DNA of 64,000 nt from Polyangiales bacterium (lineage in GTDB: Bacteria > Myxococcota_A > Polyangia > Polyangiales > Polyangiaceae): positions 96,001 through 160,000 of the forward strand of contig JBBRLQ010000016.1 in NCBI GenBank assembly GCA_038231275.1. The letters are read 5' to 3'. Both the position numbers and the translations under genes were made by a program. The notes under the pieces were generated by a model that made no database searches, was not told where the DNA came from, and saw only the letters and a list, made by a program, of their open reading frames with translations. Shown here piece after piece: positions 17,640-29,273 of the stretch. Within the stretch, counting starts at the first letter, position 1, and every line of letters starts with the position of its first letter.

Positions 17640-18743
17640 TCATTTTACGAGGATCTGCTCCACCTCGCGGTAGATGCGCTTTCTCCACTGCGCGAGCGGC
17701 GAGTCGCCGGCGTGGAGGCGCGCGGTCTCCGCGAGGACCAGATCGAGCGGCGTGGCGACGACGTACGGGTCGTGCTCGACGGCGGGTGATGTGACGCCGG
17801 GGCCGGTCCATCCGACCATGAAATCGGTCTTGCCGGCGGCGAGCTCACGGACCGCGGCGTTGGCGAGGCGCGCGCCGAGGAGCCGATCGAACGCGGTGGG
17901 CGCGCCGCCGCGGACGACGTGGCCGAGGACGGTGACGCGCGTGTCGACGTCGGCGATGATGGCACGCATCTTCTCGTCGACGCGGACCTTCAGCTCGTTC
18001 AGATCCATCTTGACGCCCTCGGACTTGAGGACGAGGACGCGGCGCTTGCCGGTGTTGGCCTGGTACGCGCGCGTCATCGTCTGGACGACCTGATCGACGA
18101 TCGCGTCGTCGTCCTTGCCGACCTCGCGCACGAGCACGCAGTCGGCACCGGCGGCGATGCCGGCGGTCATCGCGAGGTAGCCCATGTCGCGTCCCATCAC
18201 CTCGACGAAGAAGGTGCGGCGGTGCGCGGTGGCGGTGTCGAAGATGCGATCGCACGCCTCGACGATCGTGTTCATCGCGGTGTCGACGCCGATGGCCATC
18301 GACGTGCAGCCGAGATCGTTGTCGATCGACGCGGGGATGCCGGCAACGAGGAGGCGCTCTCCGTCGTGCGTCGTGGCCCCTTCGAGCGTGCGCGCGCCGG
18401 CGAGCGATCCGTTGCCGCCGACGACCAAGAGCGCGCGGATGTGGTGCTTCGCGATCTGCTCGCGCGCGAGGGTCTGGCCTTCCGGCGTCGGGAAGACTTT
18501 GCTGCGCGCGGTCCCGAGGACGGTGCCCCCACGACGCGACGCCTCATCGAGCGCGTACACGTCGAGGGGAACGATGCGGCCGGCCATCAGCCCGACGTAG
18601 CCTTCCTCGACGCCCACGATCTCGAGGCCGAGCTGAGCACCGACGCGCGCGGCGCCGCGGAGGGCGGCGTTCATGCCGGGTGCGTCTCCGCCGGAGGTGA
18701 GGAGCGCGAGGCGATCGCCGGCGACGAGGCTCTTGGTGCTCAT
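17640..18743 (-). CDS. pfkA: ATP-dependent 6-phosphofructokinase
   Basis: LTSGGDAPGMNAA, GGTVLGTAR, GGNGS, SIDND, EVMGR, VLGHVVRGG. Confidence 0.95.
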   Translation of the reverse strand: MSTKSLVAGDRLALLTSGGDAPGMNAALRGAARVGAQLGLEIVGVEEGYVGLMAGRIVPLDVYALDEASRRGGTVLGTARSKVFPTPEGQTLAREQIAKHHIRALLVVGGNGSLAGARTLEGATTHDGERLLVAGIPASIDNDLGCTSMAIGVDTAMNTIVEACDRIFDTATAHRRTFFVEVMGRDMGYLAMTAGIAAGADCVLVREVGKDDDAIVDQVVQTMTRAYQANTGKRRVLVLKSEGVKMDLNELKVRVDEKMRAIIADVDTRVTVLGHVVRGGAPTAFDRLLGARLANAAVRELAAGKTDFMVGWTGPGVTSPAVEHDPYVVATPLDLVLAETARLHAGDSPLAQWRKRIYREVEQILVK

Positions 18744-18772
18744 CGGCCCACGATAGCCGACCGCGCGCGCGA

Positions 18773-19957
18773 TTACCGCGCCCGGTGCACGCGCAAGAGG
18801 CTCTCCTCGGCTGGCACGCCGAGCCGCAGCGGGAAGCCGTAGTGCCCGGTCCCGCGATGGACCCACATCCGATCCTTCCCCCGCGCCCAGAAGCCGTGAT
18901 CGGGGATTTTTAGCCCAAAAATGCGCAAGAACGTCCACGAGAGGCCGAGGCTCAGGAGCCCGACCTGGCCGCCGTGCGTGTGGCCTGAGAGGACGAGGTC
19001 CCCTTCCCCCGCCGGCAAATGCTTGAACGCGCCCGGATCGTGGAGCATCACGATGCGCGTCATCCCCGCCTTGCGCGGGTGCTCGGCGCAGACGCGCGCG
19101 AGGTGAACGTCGCGGCCGCGCCACACGAAGTCCATGCCGACGATCTGAACGCGCCCGGCCTCGGTGTCGATCTCGTGCGCGTCGTCGACGAGCAGCGTGA
19201 TGCCGTTGTGATCCATCGCGCGGGCGACGACCGCGGGCGCTTCGTGATCGTGATTTCCGTTGCACGCGAAGACGCGGCCCGGCATCGCGCGGAGCGGCGC
19301 CAGCGCGTCGCGGAGGAGATCGGGATCGCTCTGCGACTCCATGGTGAGAAAATCGCCGGTGAGGAGCACGAGATCGGGCTTGGCGGCCACCGCGCGCTCG
19401 GCGATGCGGCGAAGGCGCGCGACGCTCATGAACGGCCCCAAGTGAGGATCCGAAATTTGCACGATGCGGAGCGGACGCTCTTCGCGGGCGTCGCCACGCG
19501 GGTGCGGCATCGGGGCCGCCGCGTCGTGCCACTCGCCGACGACGAGATCGATCTCTTCGCGCTTCGTGGTGAGCGACTGCACGAGCCCGAACGCCGCCAA
19601 CGCGTACGGCAGCCACGGCGCCCACGGAGAGAAGCCGAGCGCGAAGAGCACCGCCCACGGGAGCGCGAGGAGCGTGCCCGCAACGAAGAACGACGCCGGC
19701 CAGCTCACGAGCAGGCGGTAGAGGAGCGGGCGCATGCGCGGGCGCGACAGCGCGAGGAAATTCAGGAACACGGCCACGTGCAGCGCCGCGAAGACCGGCA
19801 GGACGCGCGCGAACGCGGGAGCCATGGCCAACGCCGACAGCGAGTAGATGCCGACCAGCACGCCGACGAACATCGCGAACCGCCGCGTTCGCCCGAGCAG
19901 CGCCACCGCGACGACCGTGAGCCACCCGCCGAGCGTGAGCGCGCCGAACCAAGACAT
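18773..19957 (-). CDS. Membrane-anchored metallophosphoesterase (YkuE/YaeI-like)
   Basis: N-terminal TM helices; SDPHLG, TGDF, GNHD, LH, SGHTHGGQ motifs. Confidence 0.92.
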   Translation of the reverse strand: MSWFGALTLGGWLTVVAVALLGRTRRFAMFVGVLVGIYSLSALAMAPAFARVLPVFAALHVAVFLNFLALSRPRMRPLLYRLLVSWPASFFVAGTLLALPWAVLFALGFSPWAPWLPYALAAFGLVQSLTTKREEIDLVVGEWHDAAAPMPHPRGDAREERPLRIVQISDPHLGPFMSVARLRRIAERAVAAKPDLVLLTGDFLTMESQSDPDLLRDALAPLRAMPGRVFACNGNHDHEAPAVVARAMDHNGITLLVDDAHEIDTEAGRVQIVGMDFVWRGRDVHLARVCAEHPRKAGMTRIVMLHDPGAFKHLPAGEGDLVLSGHTHGGQVGLLSLGLSWTFLRIFGLKIPDHGFWARGKDRMWVHRGTGHYGFPLRLGVPAEESLLRVHRAR

Positions 19958-20000
19958 GCGCAGCTAAGATGCACCGGGAGGCCGCCCGGTGTCAGCCCCC

Positions 20001-20840
20001 TCACGCGCGAGGGGCGAAGAGGCCGTCGACATATGCGTACGGCAGCGCCTCGCCCGCGACGCCGAACGTGCCGAGATCGCGCAGCTCCTCCGCCAGGCGC
20101 CGCAGCCGGGCGAGGACCACGCTCGCGGTCACGTGGCCGAGGCTCACGCGCGCGACGCCGAGGCGCGCGAGCTCCGCGACGCTGGGCGTCCCCGCGCCGG
20201 CGAGGACGTTGAGCGGCGCGTCGATCCCGTGGGCCAGCGCGGCGAGCGTCGCGGCGTCGGTCACCCCCGGGACGAAGATCCCGTCGGCGCCGGCCGCGCG
20301 GTACGCCGCTGCGCGCTCGGTCGCGAGGCGCACGCGATGGGCCTCGTCGCCGACCTTCCGGAGGAACACGTCGGTTCGCGCGTTGAGGAAGAAGCGCACG
20401 CCCGCGCCATCCGCGGCTGCGCGCGCTTCGCGGACGTGCTCGACCGCCTCGGCCACGGGGAGGAGCGGCGACGCCGGATCCCGCGTCCCGTCCTCGAGGT
20501 TCATCCCGACCGCACCCACCTCGAGCGCCGCCCGCACAGCGCCGCCGACGTCGCCATAGCCGGCTTCGAGATCGGCGGTCACGGGGACCCGCACCGCGCG
20601 GACGATGCGCTCGACGGCAGCGAGCATCTCGTCACGCGTGAGCCGCTCCCCGTCGCCCTTCCCGAGTGACCACGCCACCGACGCGCTCGACGTCGCGAGC
20701 GCAGGGAAGCCCGCCTCCTCCACGATCCGCGCGCTCATGGCGTCCCACACGTTGGGGAGGACCAGCACGCGGGAGCGATCGTGGAGGGACTGCAAGAGAT
20801 CGGCGCGCGCGGCGACGGTCGATGCGTACGAGGTGCTCAT
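20001..20840 (-). CDS. Isocitrate lyase/PEP mutase family protein
   Basis: LPNVWDAMSA, ADLEAGYG, GMNLED, NARTD, AGADGIFVPG. Confidence 0.92.
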   Translation of the reverse strand: MSTSYASTVAARADLLQSLHDRSRVLVLPNVWDAMSARIVEEAGFPALATSSASVAWSLGKGDGERLTRDEMLAAVERIVRAVRVPVTADLEAGYGDVGGAVRAALEVGAVGMNLEDGTRDPASPLLPVAEAVEHVREARAAADGAGVRFFLNARTDVFLRKVGDEAHRVRLATERAAAYRAAGADGIFVPGVTDAATLAALAHGIDAPLNVLAGAGTPSVAELARLGVARVSLGHVTASVVLARLRRLAEELRDLGTFGVAGEALPYAYVDGLFAPRA

Positions 20841-20903
20841 GCCTCCGAGGTAGCACCGCGCGTCCGACGCGTGTGACGGAATTCGAGCGAACGGCGGACG
20901 CGC

Positions 20904-21623
20904 TCAGCGCGGGCCTTCGACCGTACCTTCGCGGGAGAACGCAGGGAGGAGCAGCGCGCCGCCCCCGATCGCTATCGCGCCGCCGAGCGCGATCCCGCCG
21001 ATGCCCGTGCCGAGCAAGAGGTCTTGGTGGTCAGGAGCGGCCGACGAGCGGGAGGCGAGCGCATAGCTACCGAGCGCCCCCACGGCCACGCCGGCCAACA
21101 TGAGCGCGATGCCGGCGCCGGTGCTGCTCGTTGGTCTCGTGCGGACGTCGACGACGTTGCTCGCGGGCGTGACGACCTCGAGCACGTTCGGGGCCGCGCC
21201 GACCGACCTCAGCGTGCCGGTCGCGAGGTCGTCGTAGCGGTAGGCGATCTTCACGCGCACGAGGTCGTGGTCGACCACGACGGCCTCTCCCGCTCGCCCG
21301 AAGGTCGTGAGCCGCCCGTCCGACGTGACGATGGTAGTCGGTGGGGTCCAAAGGCATGTCGAGCAGCGCAGCGCGATCCCGCCTGCCCCGGTCCGGATGG
21401 CGTCGACCTCTCCTGCTCCACGACGACGCCCCCACGTCGCGGGAACACGCACCTCGACGGGGGATGCGGAGGCGGGCAGCAACGTCTGCGAGCCCTCTTC
21501 AGCTGGAAATTCCAGCGAAAGAGCGGTGGGATCATGCACGCGTATCATGGACGTCTGGTCGGGCGCTGCGCACGCGACGAGCGCGAGGCAGACCCCCGAC
21601 ACTCCGATGGACGAAGGATTCAT
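20904..21623 (-). CDS. Hypothetical lipoprotein with C-terminal Gly-rich hydrophobic hairpin
   Basis: Lipobox LVAC after ATG 21623; two C-terminal Gly/Ala-rich hydrophobic segments. Confidence 0.7.
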   Translation of the reverse strand: MNPSSIGVSGVCLALVACAAPDQTSMIRVHDPTALSLEFPAEEGSQTLLPASASPVEVRVPATWGRRRGAGEVDAIRTGAGGIALRCSTCLWTPPTTIVTSDGRLTTFGRAGEAVVVDHDLVRVKIAYRYDDLATGTLRSVGAAPNVLEVVTPASNVVDVRTRPTSSTGAGIALMLAGVAVGALGSYALASRSSAAPDHQDLLLGTGIGGIALGGAIAIGGGALLLPAFSREGTVEGPR

Positions 21624-21655
21624 GGTCGCCCTGAAGAGCAACCGCCGTGCCCGCG

Positions 21656-24040
21656 TTACTGGCAAACGTTGGTCATCGTCGGCGCGTCGAGCTTCAGCGT
21701 CGCGAGCGGGGCGTCGAGCTTCGACACGTCGTGCGCGAGGATGCCGCCGTACGAGATCGAGTAGACGACGTTCTCGACGAAGATGCCGCGGCGGACCGCG
21801 CCGTCGAAGTAGCCGCCGCAGTAGCCGTAGTTGCCGTTCGCCAGCGTGCCGACGAGCGAGCTGTGATCGACCGCGCCGAGCTGCGTGATGCCCTCGCTCA
21901 CGCCGACCTTGAACACCTGCAGCGTGCTCGACTGCTTGGAGTTGCCGTAGGTGCCCTGGTGCACGTAGGGGAACGCGAGGAGCTTCTTGTCGTCGAAGTA
22001 CGTGAACGCCTTGTGCTCCTCCATCGCCTCGCTCTGCGCGTAGTCGCCGCCGTCGAAGACGAACTTGTGCTGGCGCCTCGGCTGGAGCGGGTTCGTGACG
22101 TCGAAGACCTGGAGCGCGATGCCGTACCAGTAGCTGCCGTCGTGCTGGTGGCCCGTCATGTCGGTCTCGCGGCCGATCGTGAGCAGGTGGTTGTCGTCGA
22201 GCGGGTGGATGTACGTGCTGAATCCAGGGATCTGCACTTGGCCAAGCACCTTGACGTGGTGGCTGTCGGCGACGTCGACGACGAAGAGCGGGTCGGTGAC
22301 GTGCCACGTGACGATGTATGCGCGGTCGCCGACGAAGCGTGTGGAGTAGAGCTGCTCGCCGGGCGCGATGTCGCCGGCGTCGCCGGTGATGGCGAATTTG
22401 CCCTGCTGGTTCTCGAGCGCGAAGACGTGGCTGACCTCGTTCGATTTGCCGTCGGTGCGCGAGGGGCCGCTGAACTGCTCGGTGGTGGCGACGCGGACGA
22501 CGCCGTTGCGCTCGTCGAGCGCGAACTGATCCTTCACGTCGCCGGGGACGGTGCCCGAGCCGACGTAGAGCGCGGTCGTGGGATCGCTCATCAGATCGAA
22601 CGCATGGAGGTGCGTGAAGTTCATCGTCTGCACCGGGATGACCGGCGGCTGCGACGCGATCCCGATGCCACTGCCCGCGTTCGGGACCGGCGGCGGGTAG
22701 GCCTGACGGAGGACCCACGGGTCGACGTACGCGTGGCTGGCGAGCACCATCGCGCTCGCGTTGCCGTAGACGGTGCTGGCAGAGCCGAGGATCGTCGTCG
22801 CGCGCGGGAGGGCGTCGGGCGCGTCGAGATCGATGCTCTCGATCTGCGTCATGCCGGACTCGGTCGTGCCGGCCGTCGGCACGTAGAAGTCCGCGCACTG
22901 CGTCGGCGTCGCGGTGACCGTCGCGCCGTTCTTGACGAACGACGTCGGGACCCAGTCGGCGTACGTCGTGTTCGCGATGATCGCGAGGTTCTTCCCGCGG
23001 AGCGTCTCCCACGCGGCGATCTGCGCGTCGGTCGTCGGCGCAACGTACGGCTGCGGTTGCGGCTGCGGCTGCGGCTGGCCCTTCCCGCTGCCAACCGGCG
23101 TGGTGGCGTCGGGCGTGCTCTGTGAGAAATCGGGCGAGTACGTGAGGACCGGGCCGTGGCCGCCGCCGTTGAGGATCGCGCGTACCTTCGCGTCCACGCG
23201 GCGCGACGTCGAGTACTCGCCTTCGAAGTAGAGCTCGCGCGTCGCGGTGACGCCGGCCTCCGAGACTTGGAGGACGGTGATCTTGGTGAGCGGGTTCGCG
23301 CCGATGCCACCGCCGCCGCCTCCGGGATACGGCGGGGTCGCCACGCCGCCCGCCGGTGCGCCGCCGGTCATCGCGATGCCGCCGCCGCCGTAGCCGCCGC
23401 CGTAGGGCGTGTAGCCGTCGGTGTAGGGCGCGCGCGGCGTGACGCCGGCCGCCGAGTAGACCGGAGCGCCGTCGACGCGCGAGAACACGACGACGCGTCC
23501 GTTGGCGACGAACATCTCGCTCGGGAGCCCTTCGATCTTCGCCTTGGCGATCGCGCCCAGCGCAGTCGCCGGCCACGAATTGACGACCATGAACTCGTCG
23601 CCGTGGAGGAGATAAATGTGGTTGCCGTCGGTCTTGACGATGTCCGCCTCGTCGACGCCCTTCACTTGCGTCTCGGTGTCGGAGTGCGCCGGCGCAGGGG
23701 CCGGAGTCGACGTCGCGCCGCCCGCGCCGCCCGTCTGCGGAGGCGCCGCCGTACCCGCGTTCTTGTCTCCCTCGCCGTAGCCGCCGGAACCGTAGCCGTA
23801 GCCCCACCCCTGGCGGAGCGCGCGAATCTCGGCGTCGACACGGCGGTTCAACTTCGAACGCGCGTCGTCACGCAGCGCCGAGGTCAGGTCCTCGCAGGAC
23901 CGCGTGCGCTGGAGCGTCGCCTTTGTCAGGTCGATCGGCGCGACGCTCGCCTTGGAGCCGGAGCAGCCCGAAAGTGCTCCACACGAGACGCCCGCAGCGA
24001 TCAGGAAGGAGAGGGAGGTGAGGGAGGTCTTCGTGTTCAT
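21656..24040 (-). CDS. Secreted beta-propeller domain lipoprotein (Beta_propel family)
   Basis: Lipobox LSGC; TQVKGVDEADIVKTDG, DQFALDE..VRVATT, APGEQLYSTRF, DPLFVVD, IPGFSTYIHP. Confidence 0.9.
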   Translation of the reverse strand: MNTKTSLTSLSFLIAAGVSCGALSGCSGSKASVAPIDLTKATLQRTRSCEDLTSALRDDARSKLNRRVDAEIRALRQGWGYGYGSGGYGEGDKNAGTAAPPQTGGAGGATSTPAPAPAHSDTETQVKGVDEADIVKTDGNHIYLLHGDEFMVVNSWPATALGAIAKAKIEGLPSEMFVANGRVVVFSRVDGAPVYSAAGVTPRAPYTDGYTPYGGGYGGGGIAMTGGAPAGGVATPPYPGGGGGGIGANPLTKITVLQVSEAGVTATRELYFEGEYSTSRRVDAKVRAILNGGGHGPVLTYSPDFSQSTPDATTPVGSGKGQPQPQPQPQPYVAPTTDAQIAAWETLRGKNLAIIANTTYADWVPTSFVKNGATVTATPTQCADFYVPTAGTTESGMTQIESIDLDAPDALPRATTILGSASTVYGNASAMVLASHAYVDPWVLRQAYPPPVPNAGSGIGIASQPPVIPVQTMNFTHLHAFDLMSDPTTALYVGSGTVPGDVKDQFALDERNGVVRVATTEQFSGPSRTDGKSNEVSHVFALENQQGKFAITGDAGDIAPGEQLYSTRFVGDRAYIVTWHVTDPLFVVDVADSHHVKVLGQVQIPGFSTYIHPLDDNHLLTIGRETDMTGHQHDGSYWYGIALQVFDVTNPLQPRRQHKFVFDGGDYAQSEAMEEHKAFTYFDDKKLLAFPYVHQGTYGNSKQSSTLQVFKVGVSEGITQLGAVDHSSLVGTLANGNYGYCGGYFDGAVRRGIFVENVVYSISYGGILAHDVSKLDAPLATLKLDAPTMTNVCQ

Positions 24041-24217
24041 GGCCACCCCTATCGCAAGGCCGAGGCCAGTCAACTGCATCGGCGTAACCATTGAATATGG
24101 CGTGGGATCCTTCCGGTGGCCACGCGGGTGTCCCTGAACGCTGCGCCGCTCCATGGCGCTGGATGGCACACCTTAGCCACCCCCGTGGCACGCCGACATT
24201 TGCTATGTCATCGCGCC

Positions 24218-25990
24218 GTGGGCCGGTCGCTTTTCCTCCGCTGCGCGGTCGCGCTCTCTCCTCTTGTAGCGATCGCGGGAATCGGAGACGTCATCGGGGC
24301 GTCCGGCGGGTGCCATGAGAGGAAGGAGCCTCCCGGCGCTACGTCCCTCGATCCGGGGGCGGGCGGCGACGGCGCGGAGATGGACGCGGGGACGAGCCGA
24401 TCGCCAGAGCCTGCCGACGCGCACGACGAGGTGGTCGCTGCCGCGCGTGCGGCGCTCGATGCCGGCACGTGGGAGGGTGGCCTCATCGGCGCGGCGAGCA
24501 TGCACACGACCGTCGTCGATCGCATGTCGTGGCCCGACTTCACCGACGGCGGCGCGCCGATCAACGACGGCGGCGCCACGCGGCTCGGCTACCTGCGCTA
24601 CGGCGCAAAGGTCGCGGCTCTCCCCGAGCCCTTCGCGAACGAGGACTGCCGCGAGGGATGGTACGAGCTCGTCGAGGGCGGCTACGTCTGCGGGAAGTAC
24701 GCGACCTTCGATCTCAAAGATCCGCGCGTGCGCCTCGCGCCCGGACCGCCGAGCCTCGACGCGCCGATGCCGTACAAATACGGCTACGCGACGGGGCATG
24801 GCACGCCGGTCTACCGCCGCGTCCTCTCGCTCGAGGATCGCAAGAAGTACGAGCCGTGGCTCGTGCCGCCGACGCCCGCCGCGGAGAAATCGGACGACGC
24901 GCCCGAGGGAGACACGACGGCGGCGAGCGATGGACAGCCGAGCGCGCCCGCCGCTCCGACTCCTTCTCCCTCGACCGCTCCGACGTCGGGTGTCGATGCG
25001 TCGGTGCCCTGGTTCATGCGCGACGCCGGCGGACAGCGCCCGTCGGTCACGCTCGACGATCTCCACGGCCGCGGCGTGCTCGTGCGCCGGATGATGCGCG
25101 GGTTTTATCTCGCGCTCGATCGTGACTTCAAGGCTGCGCACGCGCGGTGGTGGAGAACGACGGCGGGCTTCGCGGTGCCGTTCGAGCGCGTGGGCCTCCA
25201 GCCGCCCCCGTCCGAGTTTCACGGATCGTGGATCCGCTACGACGAAGCCGCGCGCGACGCGGAGGCAGGCCCGCCGAAGGACCCGAACGGCACGGGCGTG
25301 CTCCTCACGTCGGGATACGCGGCGCGCTACGTCCTCGACGCGGACCGGAAGAAGATACTTTCCGCCACTCCCCTCCCCAAGAACACCGCCGTGGCGCTCG
25401 TCGGCGAAGCGATCTCGGTGAGCGGGCAGACCTACCACGAGACGACCTACGGCTACTTCGTCCGGCCGAGCGACGGGATGATCGCGACCGCGCCTTCGGA
25501 GCTACCACCCGACGCCGGCCCGCCCGTCGGCGAGTACGAGAAATGGGTCGACGTCGATACGACGCGTCAGCTCCTGGTCGCGTACGAAGGACGGAGGCCA
25601 GTGTTCATGACGCTCATCTCCAGCGGCAAGCGCAACGCGAATGATCCGGAGAAGGATCACCCGACACCCCCTGGTTTCTACCGGATCCGCGAGAAGCACA
25701 TCACGGCAACGATGGACGGCGACGTCGCGGCGGATGGCCCGTACTCGATCGAGGACGTGCCGTGGGTGATGTACTTCCAGGGGAGCTACGCGCTTCACGC
25801 CGCGTTCTGGCACTCGTCGTTCGGCCACACGCGGAGCCACGGCTGCGTCAACATGGCGCCGCTCGACGCGCGCGCTCTCTTCTTCTGGACCGAGCCACGG
25901 CTCCCCACCGGATGGCACGGCGTCTACGCAACCGACGCGAACCTCGGCACGCGCGTCGTGGTCCACGAGGACGCCCCGAAGAAGAAGTAG
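24218..25990 (+). CDS. L,D-transpeptidase (YkuD domain) with long periplasmic N-terminus
   Basis: WVDVD..QLLVAYEG..ISSG, TPPG, DVPWVMYF, YALHAAFWH..SHGCVNM. Start uncertain (24116-24218). Confidence 0.9.
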   Translation: MGRSLFLRCAVALSPLVAIAGIGDVIGASGGCHERKEPPGATSLDPGAGGDGAEMDAGTSRSPEPADAHDEVVAAARAALDAGTWEGGLIGAASMHTTVVDRMSWPDFTDGGAPINDGGATRLGYLRYGAKVAALPEPFANEDCREGWYELVEGGYVCGKYATFDLKDPRVRLAPGPPSLDAPMPYKYGYATGHGTPVYRRVLSLEDRKKYEPWLVPPTPAAEKSDDAPEGDTTAASDGQPSAPAAPTPSPSTAPTSGVDASVPWFMRDAGGQRPSVTLDDLHGRGVLVRRMMRGFYLALDRDFKAAHARWWRTTAGFAVPFERVGLQPPPSEFHGSWIRYDEAARDAEAGPPKDPNGTGVLLTSGYAARYVLDADRKKILSATPLPKNTAVALVGEAISVSGQTYHETTYGYFVRPSDGMIATAPSELPPDAGPPVGEYEKWVDVDTTRQLLVAYEGRRPVFMTLISSGKRNANDPEKDHPTPPGFYRIREKHITATMDGDVAADGPYSIEDVPWVMYFQGSYALHAAFWHSSFGHTRSHGCVNMAPLDARALFFWTEPRLPTGWHGVYATDANLGTRVVVHEDAPKKK

Positions 25991-26148
25991 TCGCACGCTC
26001 GGCACGCGAGAGACGTCGCCGAGACGGTTCCAGTGGGGGAGAAACTGTCCAGCCATCCGTACGAACGGGCACATCGGACGGCGGTCGGTGCGCGTCGCGG
26101 CGTTTCGCGGACGCGTGGCCGCCCATTCTCACTCGGGTGGAGTTGCTC

Positions 26149-27432
26149 GTGAACATTCTCGGTTGGTTTCTGGCCGTGTGCGGCCTCGTCGGTGTGATCG
26201 CCGGCCTGTTCCAGATGCTCAAGATGAAGAAGATGGGCAACGTGCCCTTCCGTCGCCCGTCCGAGATCGCCCAAATGGGGCCCGCCGCCGGCGACCCGAA
26301 GGGCATGGTCTCCACCGAGGGCCACGTGCAGCCCGGACCGCAGCCGCTGGTCGCGCCGATGAGCGGCGAGGCGTGCCTCGCGTACGAGCTCACCGTCGAG
26401 CGAAAGTGGGAGAAGCATGTCCGCACCGAGAAGGGCATGCAGAAGAAGACGGGCACCGACAAGATCTTCAGCGAGACCAAGGGCACGCTGTTCCAGGTCA
26501 CCGACGGCACCGCGCACGTCTTCGTCGACACCACCGGCACGATCGACGCGCACATGGACAAGAGCCACACGAGCTCGATGAACGTCTCGCTCATGGTCCC
26601 CGGGACGTTGACGTTCGGGCACCTCCAGATGAACACGCCGCACATCCTGAGCCATGACTCCCAGACGACGGGCTTCGTCGGCACCGAGAAGATCGTCCGC
26701 CCGTCGGCGAACCTCTACGCGCTCGGCGAGATTCAGCAGGGGCAGTACGGCCCGACCGTCTCGACGCCCAAGGGCATCGGCACCGGCAAGCTGATCATCT
26801 CGCACATGGGCCGCGGTCACTTGATGGGGAAGACCAAGCGCAACATGATCCTCGGCTACGCGCTCGGCGGTGTGCTCTTCGTCGGCGGCGGCGCGCTCGG
26901 CGTCCTCGGCCCGAAGCCCGATGCGGTCGTGAGCTGCACCACGATGAGCGTGAAGGACGCGATCAGCTGCGACGACCGCATCTACGCGGCGAGCGGCAAG
27001 GACCTCACCTGGACGGTCACCACGCCGTCGACGTACCGCGTGACCGTGCGTCAGCCGAAGGTCGCAAACCCCATCGACAGCACGCTCAAGATCTCCGACG
27101 CGACGGGCAAGCAGCTCGCGTACAACGACGGCGGCTCGCCCGGCGCCGACGCCAAGGTGGAGCAGTTCTTCGCCGCGGGCACGTACACCGTCAACGTGTC
27201 GGACTTCTCGAAGGACGTCGTCGAGGGAGGCTACGGCTTCGCCCTCGCGATCGAGAAGCTCGCCACGCCCGCGCCGGCCACGCCCAGCAGCGCGGATCTC
27301 ACGAGCGCGCAGGTGAGCGCGAAGCCTGCGCTCCCCGCCCCGCCCGCGGCAAAGCCAGCCGGCAAGCCTGCCGCTGGCAAGCCCGCGCCCGTCCCCGCTC
27401 CGAAGCCGGCCACGAGCGCCGCCAAGAAGTAA
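26149..27432 (+). CDS. Membrane protein with GIDE-like domain, PPC-like domain and Pro/Ala/Lys tail
   Basis: TM; EG...PLVAPMSGEACLAY...FQVTDGT..VFVD..EK..LYALGE; TM; IDSTLKI..LAYNDG..GTYTVNV. GGAG precedes GTG 26149. Confidence 0.75.
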   Translation: MNILGWFLAVCGLVGVIAGLFQMLKMKKMGNVPFRRPSEIAQMGPAAGDPKGMVSTEGHVQPGPQPLVAPMSGEACLAYELTVERKWEKHVRTEKGMQKKTGTDKIFSETKGTLFQVTDGTAHVFVDTTGTIDAHMDKSHTSSMNVSLMVPGTLTFGHLQMNTPHILSHDSQTTGFVGTEKIVRPSANLYALGEIQQGQYGPTVSTPKGIGTGKLIISHMGRGHLMGKTKRNMILGYALGGVLFVGGGALGVLGPKPDAVVSCTTMSVKDAISCDDRIYAASGKDLTWTVTTPSTYRVTVRQPKVANPIDSTLKISDATGKQLAYNDGGSPGADAKVEQFFAAGTYTVNVSDFSKDVVEGGYGFALAIEKLATPAPATPSSADLTSAQVSAKPALPAPPAAKPAGKPAAGKPAPVPAPKPATSAAKK

Positions 27433-27454
27433 CGACGCGCACACGTAGTACTGC

Positions 27455-27499
27455 CGCGAGCTCCGCCGGTTCTTGGACCCGCGGGGCTCGCGCCTTTTT
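27455..27499 (+). terminator. Probable intrinsic terminator
   Basis: cgcgagctccgc...gcggggctcgcg stem followed by cctttttg, between convergent genes. Confidence 0.6.
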
Positions 27500-27505
27500 G
27501 TGGAC

Positions 27506-29263
<1,758 letters not shown>

Positions 29264-29273
29264 GGGCACGCCG

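Noticed and set aside
24160..24205. Sigma54 promoters (TGGCAC motifs) upstream of the L,D-transpeptidase
   Set aside because: GG-to-GC spacing is not 10 nt in either candidate.
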